Positions 19,676 to 29,101 of a stretch of 64,000 bases of DNA are shown in pieces. The translations under genes were made by a program, and so were the position numbers. Each line of letters opens with the position of its first letter. The first letter of the stretch is position 1. A model generated the notes under the pieces. The model ran no database searches. It saw only the letters and a program-made list of their open reading frames with translations, and was not told where the DNA came from. This DNA comes from a virus (taxonomy: Duplodnaviria; Caudoviricetes): positions 64,001-128,000 of the IMG/VR virus record IMGVR_UViG_3300029288_000056; one strand, written 5' to 3'.

Positions 19676-20286
19676 GATTGCCCCAATAAGAAGGAGGTTA
19701 GTTTACTGCGCGCTGCATACAGCGGGTTGTCAATGCCTTTCTTTTCACATGCCTCGTCAATCCATTCGATAAAGGCTTGTTGCCAAGCTTCAGCTTCCCC
19801 ACCTCGGGGATCCATTCCCATACCAATTGGCATGTCGAGACCCTCAGGTATTTTCATACTGATAAGCAGTTTGATCGGGTAAAACAGGTCCCCATAAGTT
19901 TGAATGTCTGATACATTAACGCCAGCAACTTCATGGCGAAAGAACGGCTCATAAATATCTCCGACAGTGTTACCTTCCCATATCTGTAAGTAAAACCCGG
20001 GGTGGAAAAAGATCTTTAAACCGTCCAAAGCGTGTTCCGAATTGGTATCAAGTCCAAACAACGTCTTTGGTGGAGTAGGTAACTGCCAGCCAAACTCGGT
20101 TTTAACTAACAGTTTGTCGATTAAGTCTAATGGCATATTGTTTTTATAAAGAAAGGAGACTGCCTCCTCTTTTGATTTAAAAGCGTTAGGCAGTGCCCAA
20201 TTCCCCCTCTGTTTAGAGGAGCTAAAGAAGTCGTAATAGCTCTGCTCGTCGGGGATGGGATCTTTATCTATTCTAAAGAATGTCAT
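19672..20286 (-). CDS. Stand-alone RxD-SYYD domain with C-terminal tag
   Basis: MTFFRIDKDPIPDEQSYYD; ends SKLTSFLLGQS. Confidence 0.75.
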   Translation of the reverse strand: MTFFRIDKDPIPDEQSYYDFFSSSKQRGNWALPNAFKSKEEAVSFLYKNNMPLDLIDKLLVKTEFGWQLPTPPKTLFGLDTNSEHALDGLKIFFHPGFYLQIWEGNTVGDIYEPFFRHEVAGVNVSDIQTYGDLFYPIKLLISMKIPEGLDMPIGMGMDPRGGEAEAWQQAFIEWIDEACEKKGIDNPLYAARSKLTSFLLGQS

Positions 20287-20816
20287 TTTCCTAATAGCTC
20301 CGGTTTCTCTTCGTCATTGTCAACGACGTCAACCTTATCAACTATGGCCGACAAAGTGTAGAAGGACTCGAGGATAGTCTGGTATTTGTAGCGGATAAGA
20401 CTCTCAGGAACCGTTCTATCCCGCAGTTGATTTCTTTTAATCGAGTTTTCCAATGAGCAGCGCACAAAGACTAGGGTTACTTCGTATCCCGCAGCCTGTA
20501 GTTGGTGTACCCTCATCACCATTTTATCGGGGTTTGTTCCGGTACCGTCAAGGATGATATTGTCGCCCTGTTCTATAGATTCTCTAAACAATTGTTCTGC
20601 GATACCCTTGCTCCACTCGTGCAGCGGCGCGGGATTCTCAGGATCATATTCGGGATGAGACGCTTTAATCACATCCGCGTCAATGTATTTAAAGTCGCTC
20701 AATGAGAACTTCTGTTTAATATACGTAGACTTCCCCGCAGCAGGGAGACCCATCGTTAAGACTGCTGTCTTCTTTTGTGTGAAAGCGCAGTGCAATAAGA
20801 AATATTGAAGGTTCAT
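20283..20816 (-). CDS. Tagged zeta-toxin-like/AAA_33 P-loop kinase
   Basis: MNLQYFLLHCA; GLPAAGKST; IDADVIK; LDGTG; R...R.RTVP. Confidence 0.8.
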   Translation of the reverse strand: MNLQYFLLHCAFTQKKTAVLTMGLPAAGKSTYIKQKFSLSDFKYIDADVIKASHPEYDPENPAPLHEWSKGIAEQLFRESIEQGDNIILDGTGTNPDKMVMRVHQLQAAGYEVTLVFVRCSLENSIKRNQLRDRTVPESLIRYKYQTILESFYTLSAIVDKVDVVDNDEEKPELLGK

Positions 20817-20923
20817 TTTGATCCTTTGTTATAAGAAATAATCCACCAGTAAATAAATAGAACTAGACCGATAAGGCTTAGGCTTATCACGACATACTTG
20901 ACGATGGAAAGAGGAATAAACAT
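20813..20923 (-). CDS. 36-aa single-TM peptide
   Basis: MFIPLSIVKYVVISLSLIGLVLFIYWWIISYNKGSK; overlaps stop/start of both neighbours. Confidence 0.55.
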   Translation of the reverse strand: MFIPLSIVKYVVISLSLIGLVLFIYWWIISYNKGSK

Positions 20924-22104
20924 TATTTGCCCCGCGCACCTAATTCGCGCTTAGACGTAATTTGAGGAAAGAACCGGTTAGCCCAATCCCATATATCGTT
21001 AGCGGAAAGAAAACTTCTGATCAACTCTTGTTCTGTCATTCCGGCCGTATTGGCCATATCCCTAACCTCGCTGACTTCGTCCATATACGCGTCATTGCGT
21101 CTCCACCACCAGTGGTTAAGACGACAAATGTTATCTGCGGCCAACTCTGTAACCCCCTCAATCACGCTCAACATATCCTCGTAAGGTTCTGAGCGCATCG
21201 TACTATGGATCAGTTCGTGGATAACGTCGTTTTCGCGGCCCTTAACTACGTGAGCCTCTCTGGTATCGAAGTCAAACCTACCAACCGTTTCGTAACCCTC
21301 GTCCTCCTCACTAAACGTTTTTATGAGCCGTTTATCGGTCAGTACGTTAATCGCGCTAAAACGCGGTGTTAGACCGGTGTAGTCTTTGATCGCCTTGATG
21401 AGTGGTTGTAGGCCGACACAGTCTTTACAGACGGGAGCGGCTAAGAGGAAATTAGTTAACTTTGATGCTTGTGAATGTTGTGCGACATGCTCTTGGCGTT
21501 TCTTTTCATACTCTATGTTTTGTTGTTCATACCACTCTTTCATCCGCTGTTTAAATTCATCCTCCGAAATACAGATCGGGTTTGCAGTGTACCAACCGTT
21601 CCATTCAAGAAGATTGTCTATGGCCTTCCCTTTTAATTGTCGATGTATGAAATTGTAAGAATATTTACCTATAAACTGTTCAGGAACAAAGTTCATTCTT
21701 GCTGCAACATCATAAATAAAGTCTTTAAAAAGATAATCATCTTCGGTTGCTTTCCTACCCGTCCAAACCTCTAACCACTGCGCTCCTGATGTGTCTTTAC
21801 AATAAGCAGACCAAACCATTAAATCTTTATACCATCTATATTCTGTGCATGCCATTATCTCTTCTAAAGGGTTTTTGCTAGTCGAATCTGCCCACCAGTC
21901 CTTTTCAACCTCTACACCGCTTAATATTTTTTCTCCATAAATTATCGTGTACTCCCCATTAGGAAGAAGAATAGAATACTTATCAAACGCTTCTTGGCTG
22001 AGGTTTCTTATAAACCATTCTTTACTAGAACCCATGCCTACGGGAAAATAATAGCTCGGCGATCTGTCACCCCTACCATCGTCCCATCTTAGCCAAACAC
22101 TCAT
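20923..22104 (-). CDS. WLRWDDG variant domain + tag + zincin-like metallopeptidase
   Basis: MSVWLRWDDG..SYY; QASKLTNFLLA; HELIH...EGVTE. Confidence 0.75.
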   Translation of the reverse strand: MSVWLRWDDGRGDRSPSYYFPVGMGSSKEWFIRNLSQEAFDKYSILLPNGEYTIIYGEKILSGVEVEKDWWADSTSKNPLEEIMACTEYRWYKDLMVWSAYCKDTSGAQWLEVWTGRKATEDDYLFKDFIYDVAARMNFVPEQFIGKYSYNFIHRQLKGKAIDNLLEWNGWYTANPICISEDEFKQRMKEWYEQQNIEYEKKRQEHVAQHSQASKLTNFLLAAPVCKDCVGLQPLIKAIKDYTGLTPRFSAINVLTDKRLIKTFSEEDEGYETVGRFDFDTREAHVVKGRENDVIHELIHSTMRSEPYEDMLSVIEGVTELAADNICRLNHWWWRRNDAYMDEVSEVRDMANTAGMTEQELIRSFLSANDIWDWANRFFPQITSKRELGARGK

Positions 22105-22889
22105 TTAGGCTCCAAGAGAAAGCGGGTTAGTTTTGATGCTGATATTTCATACTCTTTACCAAAAGGAGTATTAATCATCATTTCGTAATCAGTCTCATCA
22201 TCAGTGGGTGGGGAAATAGGTGGAACCGGATTAGGGACACCTTGTTTTTTACAGTTGTCATCAATCCATTTCCAAAATCTATAAAACCAAATCTGTTCTT
22301 GAGAGCCACCATAACCCATCCCCATAACTGGGCACTCGGCAAAAGGATCGGAAGGGAGCAACAGACTGATCACTAGCTTTGCGGGATAAAACAAGACACC
22401 TGCCGTCTGAAACGCGTTGCCGCGAGATAAGTCGGTTTGATAAACATCACCCACCGGATTGCCCAGCCAAATTTGCAGATATTTATTTGGCTTTAAGAAC
22501 GTTATAAGTGATTTCCCTAATGACTCATCTTGCCACCAAATTCCAAAAAGAGTCTTCGGTGGAGTTGCTACTTGCCAGCCATATTGCGTTTCAACTAAAA
22601 GATCACTGAGGTATTCTAAATCGAACTGTTTTAAATAATTAAGCCCATCTTCTCTCGTCTTAAAGGCGTTAGGAAGTTCCCAGTGTCCCATCACCGAACT
22701 GTCGGCGGACGACGGTTTCCATCCCTCATTGGGGCGAAAGTCATAATAAGATTGTTGATCAGGCGCAGGATTGTTGTCTATACGAAAATATAAATCGTCG
22801 TGTTCACCGTTAGCCCAATAAGGATTACCCTCTACAATAGGACTATCCCAATGAATCTCGCCGGGATTGCGATGAGTTGGTAAAGTCAT
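22101..22889 (-). CDS. RxD-SYYD domain with C-terminal tag
   Basis: YFRIDNNPAPDQQSYYD; ends SASKLTRFLLEPK. Confidence 0.75.
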   Translation of the reverse strand: MTLPTHRNPGEIHWDSPIVEGNPYWANGEHDDLYFRIDNNPAPDQQSYYDFRPNEGWKPSSADSSVMGHWELPNAFKTREDGLNYLKQFDLEYLSDLLVETQYGWQVATPPKTLFGIWWQDESLGKSLITFLKPNKYLQIWLGNPVGDVYQTDLSRGNAFQTAGVLFYPAKLVISLLLPSDPFAECPVMGMGYGGSQEQIWFYRFWKWIDDNCKKQGVPNPVPPISPPTDDETDYEMMINTPFGKEYEISASKLTRFLLEPK

Positions 22890-22890
22890 T

Positions 22891-23436
22891 TTATGAGTAA
22901 ATCTCCTCTATAAATGTATCATAAGTACCGGGCATTATTATGTATTCAAACTGTGTATTGGCAAAACGCTCCTCTGGTTCGTCAACGACGTTTTTAAGAT
23001 CTTGCGGAAGTTCTGCAATAGGAATAAAAACGTCCTTGGCCTCAAACTGATGGCTCATTACATAACCTTGGTTCCCCATAGAGGACCATATTCTCGCTAC
23101 TTCTTGGTGGCTTGTCCAGCTTGTAAAGACTTTCTCCGAGTAAGTGAGACTCATTCCCTCTTTAATCTTACCGTTAAATGGTTCTGTTTCCCACTCTTCG
23201 TTGTTGTTAATACCGCGGTACAACTTAACAGACGTAGGAATCCATTTCACAAAGAATTGACGAACAGATAATGGGAGGTTTTCTCTACTAGATGATACGG
23301 CTCCACCAAGCATTATCCAACTGCTCAGGTTGATCAGCACCTCGACAGGAATTTTGTACTTATCTGAAATGAGCTGCAGTTGTTTGTCGTGTTCTTCGTG
23401 ATAACCAGCTCGCAGAAACTTTGTTAATTTATTCAT
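22891..23436 (-). CDS. Tagged R-S-E class ART-like protein
   Basis: MNKLTKFLRA; LYRGI...FTSWT...QFEYIIMPG. Confidence 0.7.
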   Translation of the reverse strand: MNKLTKFLRAGYHEEHDKQLQLISDKYKIPVEVLINLSSWIMLGGAVSSSRENLPLSVRQFFVKWIPTSVKLYRGINNNEEWETEPFNGKIKEGMSLTYSEKVFTSWTSHQEVARIWSSMGNQGYVMSHQFEAKDVFIPIAELPQDLKNVVDEPEERFANTQFEYIIMPGTYDTFIEEIYS

Positions 23437-23437
23437 T

Positions 23438-24004
23438 CTACCTCTTTGTGAGGACTACGTGAATATCCATAACTACATTCCAATAATGTTGGATTGCAAA
23501 CAACCTTGCCTCTTCCGAACGGTTTACCCACTCAGGATAAAAGGCGTAGCCGTAGGTGAAGTCAAAGTCGGCAGTGATCGGATAATGGTCTAGTCCGTTG
23601 TTTACGCGCCACTCGCGGTTGTAGTAAATGAATGTCGTCTCACAGATCCCTCTTACGTGAGTCGGGTCTTGAACCGCCCTAATACTCGTATAGTAAGGGG
23701 ATACGACGGTACATTTGGCTCCGGGCTTGAGTATGCGGTACAGTTCGTTGAAGAAGGACATCAAGTCGTGGACATGCTCAACGAAGTGTGAGATTACTAT
23801 CTCATCCACAGAGTCGTTGTCGAACGGATAAGGATAGGTCTCAAGGTCGTGTACGATATCGACGGCGTCAGTCTTCACGCAGTCCACCCCGACAAATCCG
23901 TCAATGCGCTGCTTGCCGCAACCGAGATTGAGGCGGAGGGGTTGAGGCTCGGGCTGATGATCCTGCTTGTGAAACGTTCTAAACTTCTTTCTACTCTTTA
24001 ACAT
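23438..24004 (-). CDS. Class I SAM-dependent methyltransferase (untagged)
   Basis: LNLGCG; DIVHDL; HFVEH; RILKPG; DPTH. Confidence 0.85.
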   Translation of the reverse strand: MLKSRKKFRTFHKQDHQPEPQPLRLNLGCGKQRIDGFVGVDCVKTDAVDIVHDLETYPYPFDNDSVDEIVISHFVEHVHDLMSFFNELYRILKPGAKCTVVSPYYTSIRAVQDPTHVRGICETTFIYYNREWRVNNGLDHYPITADFDFTYGYAFYPEWVNRSEEARLFAIQHYWNVVMDIHVVLTKR

Positions 24005-24015
24005 GGTTTCTCCTT

Positions 24016-25041
24016 TTAAATTTCAACACCAAGTTCTTTTAGCCCACTCTTTTCAAGCAAAGCTACACTATAAGAATATTGATTAACAAATGCTTCATAC
24101 TTTTCTTTAGCATCGTGTCTCCACCAACCTTTTACCTCTGAAAATTGCTGCTTACTCCAAAGCCAAAAATCAGGGGTAAAAGTTCCCTCTATTACTCTCC
24201 CATCAAACTCGTAGGTTATAGGAAAAGTGAATAATTCATAAGACCATTCTATACCTTGTGCGTCTAAATATTGGGCATATTTAGCTTCCCAAGTTGAACG
24301 GAACTTGGTGCCGGCGTATTCGGTAACTTTACCGTGTGCCGGTAATCTTCCTCTATGCCAATTAGCTATAGCCTCACGAGCTTTTTCGGTATGATGTCCC
24401 CCAAACCAAGGATTATTTTCCCCTCTTCGCCACTCACTCATTGATTTATGTTGGCATTCAGTACTACAATAGTGGCGCTTAAATTTTTTATTCTCCCCTT
24501 GTGTTATACTAATTAGCTTTCCGCAAAAATCACAGGGTATTTGTATGCTAGTGATTCTTGCGTTTCCACAGCATTGGGGGCTACAATATCTACCGGCGCC
24601 AAATTCTGATTTACTCTTTTTTATATAAAATGTTTTACCGCAATATTCGCAGATTCTTTTGATTTTACCACCATGCCAATTATGATGTTTCTCCCGTTGA
24701 TGAGCTTTACCAAAGCACTCCACACTACAGTATTTATCAAGCCCTTTATCTACAAAACAAGGGTTTGATTCAAACACCTTGCCACAGGTGCCACATATCA
24801 CTTGAACCCTTTTTCTTTTTGACATTCCATAACATTCTACACTACAGTATTTACCATTATCTCTTTTAATCTCAGAGTCTTTCATCTCAAATACCTTACC
24901 ACAATATTGGCATGTCATTTGAGTTCTTTTTCTTCTAGCCATTCCATAACACTCCCTGCTACAATACCTTCCTCCGCCTGCTTTCACATAGGAGGCCCTT
25001 ACTTTAAATTCTTTGTCACAATACTCGCATTTTCTTATCAT
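24016..25041 (-). CDS. Putative free-standing homing endonuclease: Zn-finger repeats + NUMOD3-like motif + PD-(D/E)xK nuclease
   Basis: Five CxxC...YCSxxC repeats; GENNPWFGGHHTEK; RSTWE...TPDF...EVKG. Confidence 0.7.
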   Translation of the reverse strand: MIRKCEYCDKEFKVRASYVKAGGGRYCSRECYGMARRKRTQMTCQYCGKVFEMKDSEIKRDNGKYCSVECYGMSKRKRVQVICGTCGKVFESNPCFVDKGLDKYCSVECFGKAHQREKHHNWHGGKIKRICEYCGKTFYIKKSKSEFGAGRYCSPQCCGNARITSIQIPCDFCGKLISITQGENKKFKRHYCSTECQHKSMSEWRRGENNPWFGGHHTEKAREAIANWHRGRLPAHGKVTEYAGTKFRSTWEAKYAQYLDAQGIEWSYELFTFPITYEFDGRVIEGTFTPDFWLWSKQQFSEVKGWWRHDAKEKYEAFVNQYSYSVALLEKSGLKELGVEI

Positions 25042-25044
25042 GGA

Positions 25045-25797
25045 TTACCAAACAAGATCATTAGTATAGTCTAAGTGGCCAACAAGAACGTTGGTGTTAC
25101 AAGCGAATCGGTACCCCACCCGCCCCGCATTTTGATAGAACCATAAATCTTGGGTGAATGCCTTAGCTCCGATCCCGGGTTGGTACTCCTGTACTGTTTT
25201 AAACCAAGGACGTGGTATTCTCTCATCCTTAAACATTGAGATCTTAAAGAGGTTAAATCCCATCCCCAATCCGTTTGCCTCCTGTAAAGTATTCGGGATG
25301 GGTACTTGCGGGATAAAGTTTAGTGGTATCTCCTTGGGGTTTCCGTAGATCATCGGTTGGCCGGCAGGTTCATACTTGTCTCCGTTCATCATTCCACCTT
25401 TTGTCCAATACAAACCCGATACTACATCGTATTTATCCATTCCCTCATAAAGCCTCAAAAGCCCGTCCGGTGGTGGCATGTTATCTTCTTCTAACGTTAG
25501 AATGTACTTCCATGTTGATAGATCTGGATGATTTAAAATTGTCTCAATAGCGTTATTGTAAGCTTCGTCCACGGCCATACCAGTCATAAATATCCTAATA
25601 CACTTATTGTTCATCGGCAGCATTAAACCGAGCCAGCTCTGCACTACCCTTGCTGGAATCATCCCCCTTGTTGGGACTACAATAATCGTTGATAGATCCT
25701 TATACGTGTTCCCCTGAATCAGTCGGTCACGCGCCTGTTCTAGATTACTATTGTTGATGCCGGCTGTGTTCTCAATTATAATTTGTGGCTTACCCAT
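25045..25797 (-). CDS. GT-A fold glycosyltransferase (untagged)
   Basis: IIVVPTRG; LTLEED; VVSGLY; GLGMGFNL; QDLWF; VGHLD. Confidence 0.75.
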   Translation of the reverse strand: MGKPQIIIENTAGINNSNLEQARDRLIQGNTYKDLSTIIVVPTRGMIPARVVQSWLGLMLPMNNKCIRIFMTGMAVDEAYNNAIETILNHPDLSTWKYILTLEEDNMPPPDGLLRLYEGMDKYDVVSGLYWTKGGMMNGDKYEPAGQPMIYGNPKEIPLNFIPQVPIPNTLQEANGLGMGFNLFKISMFKDERIPRPWFKTVQEYQPGIGAKAFTQDLWFYQNAGRVGYRFACNTNVLVGHLDYTNDLVW

Positions 25798-26092
25798 AAT
25801 TAAACTCCGTCACTTTCTCCACTAAAGTCTTCAAGTCGTTAAACTCGTGCTCCCAAAGTACAAGGGTTTTAAAACCGTACTCTCTAAATGTATTAACTCT
25901 TTTTTGAGGGTTTTGTCCCTTGTGCCACCAGTCACCGTAGATTTCGATGATCTTTTGCCCGCTCATGTTGATGAAGTCCGGGCACTTACCCGCAATGATG
26001 ACTTTGCCATTTCCGACGAATTTGTATTGGCCGAAAAATAGTAGGCGAAGTAAGGATTCAAAGACGAGTTCGAGATTGTTAGGACTGTTCAT
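25790..26092 (-). CDS. Short Vsr/DUF559-like PD-(D/E)xK nuclease, possibly a remnant
   Basis: PDF...IEIYGDWWH...LVLWE. Confidence 0.6.
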   Translation of the reverse strand: MNSPNNLELVFESLLRLLFFGQYKFVGNGKVIIAGKCPDFINMSGQKIIEIYGDWWHKGQNPQKRVNTFREYGFKTLVLWEHEFNDLKTLVEKVTEFNYG

Positions 26093-26543
26093 TGCGCTTC
26101 CAGTACAGCGTTGCTAGGTTAAAGAAATTGCTACAATCAGACTTTAATTCGCGCCATAGATTGCGGTTAAATTGCCAGCATTCATTTGGAATAAGAATTT
26201 GTTTACTCACTATTTCGGAATTTCTATCATCATACAGCCCATCTATCATTTCTGGATTTTTAATATATATAATAAATACATAACCATACTGTCCAAACTT
26301 TTCAATTGCTTGTTTACATCCTCTATCCCATTCATTATCAGGATGCCCATTAACATACCATCTTTGAAGAGCATAACTAGTAGCCACGTCTATATCTGGA
26401 GTTAAAAATATTAAAACATCTTCCATTCTGCCTATGCTTTGTTTTTCTATAATTTTATCTGCATTTACTTTGGTGGGAGTACCATGATAATACTCACCCC
26501 TTCGGCGTTGCCAAGCCATTAAAAAATTGGTTAGTTTAGTCAT
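26079..26543 (-). CDS. Tagged YHGT ART-like protein
   Basis: True start MTKLTNFLMA after GGAGG; YYHGTP; FLT...A.SYA. Confidence 0.75.
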   Translation of the reverse strand: MTKLTNFLMAWQRRRGEYYHGTPTKVNADKIIEKQSIGRMEDVLIFLTPDIDVATSYALQRWYVNGHPDNEWDRGCKQAIEKFGQYGYVFIIYIKNPEMIDGLYDDRNSEIVSKQILIPNECWQFNRNLWRELKSDCSNFFNLATLYWKRNEQS

Positions 26544-27249
26544 TGCGCCTCCAATACAGCGTCGCAAGATCAAAGAAGTTAGAGCCATCTTTTTGCAATT
26601 GTGGGCAAAGGTTACGGTCAAACTGCCAGCATTGCGACGGCATAACTGGCCCACCTTGAGAGACGTTAATCCCACCAACCTGTAAAATAGTGTCGAGCAC
26701 GCCCTTATCTAACGTCTTAATCGCCTTCTTGCCTATGTGTGACAGAATGGCCTCGTCATTCATAAAGACCTTAACCTCATGCTTTTGGCGGGGGGTTAAG
26801 TTGTTCTCCGCCCAATTCAGCAACCTTATACCTAAGGACGTCTTATCCACTTTTGAGTAGTCGAAATCGTGATATACTTCCTTTCCATTTTTCTCCATAT
26901 AAAAGTCCCAAACCATTTGACCAATACTGTCCTCGTCTGGTATCAAATCGTTGTTCAGGTCTTGTTGTCGAACCACAAAAAGATATGCAAATTGTCCATA
27001 TTGTGGTATGAGAGAATCTGATAAATCACTACCAAGCATGTTTCCCCCAATAGCATATATTATGGCATAACTAAGTTCTTGGGTTAAATAGACCCGATCC
27101 TTAATTGGCGCGAAGTAGTTTTTACCCTGCTCTGGCCTGCCCTGCAATCCCTCCACAATAATCTCGTCTGCTAGTTTCTTCTCATCTGTACCGTGATAGT
27201 ATTCGTCAGGGCTGCGTTGCCAAGCTAATAGGAAATTAGTTAAACTCAT
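26536..27249 (-). CDS. Tagged YHGT ART-like protein with an insertion
   Basis: MSLTNFLLA; YYHGT; VYLT...YA; PDED. Confidence 0.75.
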   Translation of the reverse strand: MSLTNFLLAWQRSPDEYYHGTDEKKLADEIIVEGLQGRPEQGKNYFAPIKDRVYLTQELSYAIIYAIGGNMLGSDLSDSLIPQYGQFAYLFVVRQQDLNNDLIPDEDSIGQMVWDFYMEKNGKEVYHDFDYSKVDKTSLGIRLLNWAENNLTPRQKHEVKVFMNDEAILSHIGKKAIKTLDKGVLDTILQVGGINVSQGGPVMPSQCWQFDRNLCPQLQKDGSNFFDLATLYWRRND

Positions 27250-27656
27250 CCCGCGCTCCATAGTTTAATTGCGCATTTACTAAAAGACAGTTCGTCTTTC
27301 TCTGCAGTATGTGCTGCGGGATTCCAAAATAAAAATTTATCAAATTTCTTCTCGTAAAATTTCCATAATTCGACAGGAAAAATAATGTTAGATACTTTTA
27401 CGATACTACCGTCACCTATTAATTTCATGGATGATGTTTGAATATCTTGATCGCGAAATACTAATACGAATGGTCCATAAGTTCTAGCCGCCAGACTTAA
27501 GACATGTGTCAAATAAGCGGTATAGGGTGCGTTAAAATCAGTTGGTCTTAGTCCGTTCCGCACAATACTTTGGGCATCTTCCAATTTAGGTGTACCGTGG
27601 TACCAGTCATCTGACTGATGCGCATAAGCACTAAGTAAGAATGACTGTAAACTCAT
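27246..27656 (-). CDS. Tagged YHGT ART-like protein
   Basis: MSLQSFLLSA; WYHGTP; paralogue of the C-terminal domain of 10010..10948. Confidence 0.75.
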   Translation of the reverse strand: MSLQSFLLSAYAHQSDDWYHGTPKLEDAQSIVRNGLRPTDFNAPYTAYLTHVLSLAARTYGPFVLVFRDQDIQTSSMKLIGDGSIVKVSNIIFPVELWKFYEKKFDKFLFWNPAAHTAEKDELSFSKCAIKLWSAG

Positions 27657-28171
27657 ATCTCAAACGTCCATACTAACTTAACCGCGGAAGCCGGAACCGG
27701 AACTGGATAATACCAAGATCCCTTATTCCCTTCTTCGTCACTACTCAACCCTGAATCCGATATAGCACCGTCGGTTAGCTTTACTTCCCACACATCCATC
27801 GAACAAGGTGGGTCGGTTCTTCCCATATACTCTGCGTACCACCGAGCCTGTTCTAAGTTGTCAAAGAAGTAGAATCCTTTCCCTGTTGACCATCTGTCGT
27901 ACAAGGACTTAGAAGGATCGATTCCATAACGACCTATAGATTTTCGTGCTTCAATCGGAGCAACATGATATCCCGTTTTAATAGGATGGAAAACAGTAGC
28001 GGACTCGGTGGGCACCCATCTATCCTGTATGTCATAATAACCATTCTCTTTTTTGCGCTTCTCTTCAACCGCGACCAAGTCAACTTCCTCTGATGGCCCC
28101 TCTACCCAACGGTCGTACATGTCGTAGTAGCCGTCTTTACCAGAGGTTAAAAATTCCGTCAGTTTGTTCAT
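27653..28171 (-). CDS. Tagged H-class ART-like protein with a short N-terminal repeat
   Basis: MNKLTEFLTS; GYYDxxDRWV twice; GYHVA...SI..YGI...GFYFF...A..YA. Confidence 0.65.
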   Translation of the reverse strand: MNKLTEFLTSGKDGYYDMYDRWVEGPSEEVDLVAVEEKRKKENGYYDIQDRWVPTESATVFHPIKTGYHVAPIEARKSIGRYGIDPSKSLYDRWSTGKGFYFFDNLEQARWYAEYMGRTDPPCSMDVWEVKLTDGAISDSGLSSDEEGNKGSWYYPVPVPASAVKLVWTFEI

Positions 28172-28175
28172 AGTC

Positions 28176-28817
28176 TTAGTAAACCGCATTAAATATCATT
28201 CCTCCTACCTTAGTCCAAACTCGATCCCAATCCCAGTTCTTACCGGTGATCTGATCTATTTTTTGCATAAACTCCTTACCACGCTCATAAGGACCGGCAG
28301 TCTCTACGGCATCCCTTTTAAGTATATAGTAATAACCAAGTGGGTCTTTGTCGTCGTTATACCCACCAAGCGAGATTCTTAATACCTTAGATCCCTTAAT
28401 ACTATCGTTGTAAAAGTGTTGCCAAACAGCCCTTGCCCTACTAGACGTAGAGCCAGAATAATCAGCTCCTAATCCCATTCCTTCTTTACTAGCCTCTTGC
28501 ATGGCAACCAAATAAAGAATAGGGCCAGCTCCGTCAATTCTAGAACCGGCATATTCCACTGAATAATAACCATCTCGTTCTTCTATCTCGATCATAGCGT
28601 TAGCTTGTTGATATATTTTTCTACACAGAACTTGAACGGGATCGCCGTCTTCAAGCCTATCGAAACGCGCATTTTTAATCGCGTTGTCAGGCCAGTAGAA
28701 AAGGCAATATCCATCGTAACCGTAGTTGTTATATTTAACAAGATACCCGCCGGTAATAGGGCGCCTATTGGCGATCAGTTCGTCGGAACCTAATAAAAAG
28801 TTAGTCAGTTCACTCAT
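28176..28817 (-). CDS. Tagged GNAT-like protein
   Basis: MSELTNFLLG; GAGPILYLVAMQ...TSSRARAVWQHFY. Confidence 0.75.
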   Translation of the reverse strand: MSELTNFLLGSDELIANRRPITGGYLVKYNNYGYDGYCLFYWPDNAIKNARFDRLEDGDPVQVLCRKIYQQANAMIEIEERDGYYSVEYAGSRIDGAGPILYLVAMQEASKEGMGLGADYSGSTSSRARAVWQHFYNDSIKGSKVLRISLGGYNDDKDPLGYYYILKRDAVETAGPYERGKEFMQKIDQITGKNWDWDRVWTKVGGMIFNAVY

Positions 28818-29101
28818 TAGTATTGTACCTCCACGGGTTTCACAAGTGGGTTAATATAGTTTATAAATTCGTCGCCCTTTTCTGCTTTGTAATATAGGGC
28901 GGTAGGCCGGACGCCGATGATGTTTGTATAAGCCCTTAGTAGGTCGGCATAGTTACTGAACGATGCGTTAGTTAGGAAAAGGACCCAAGCTCCGTCCATG
29001 TAGGCGGCTATCTGTCGGCCACCATGCCAAATAGAATCGTTCTCGTTGATCAGCAGATCATTGTTGAGATCGGTCCGTAAGAATGCGGTTAGTTTACTCA
29101 T
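28817..29101 (-). CDS. Tagged small hypothetical protein
   Basis: MSKLTAFLRT. Confidence 0.65.
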   Translation of the reverse strand: MSKLTAFLRTDLNNDLLINENDSIWHGGRQIAAYMDGAWVLFLTNASFSNYADLLRAYTNIIGVRPTALYYKAEKGDEFINYINPLVKPVEVQY

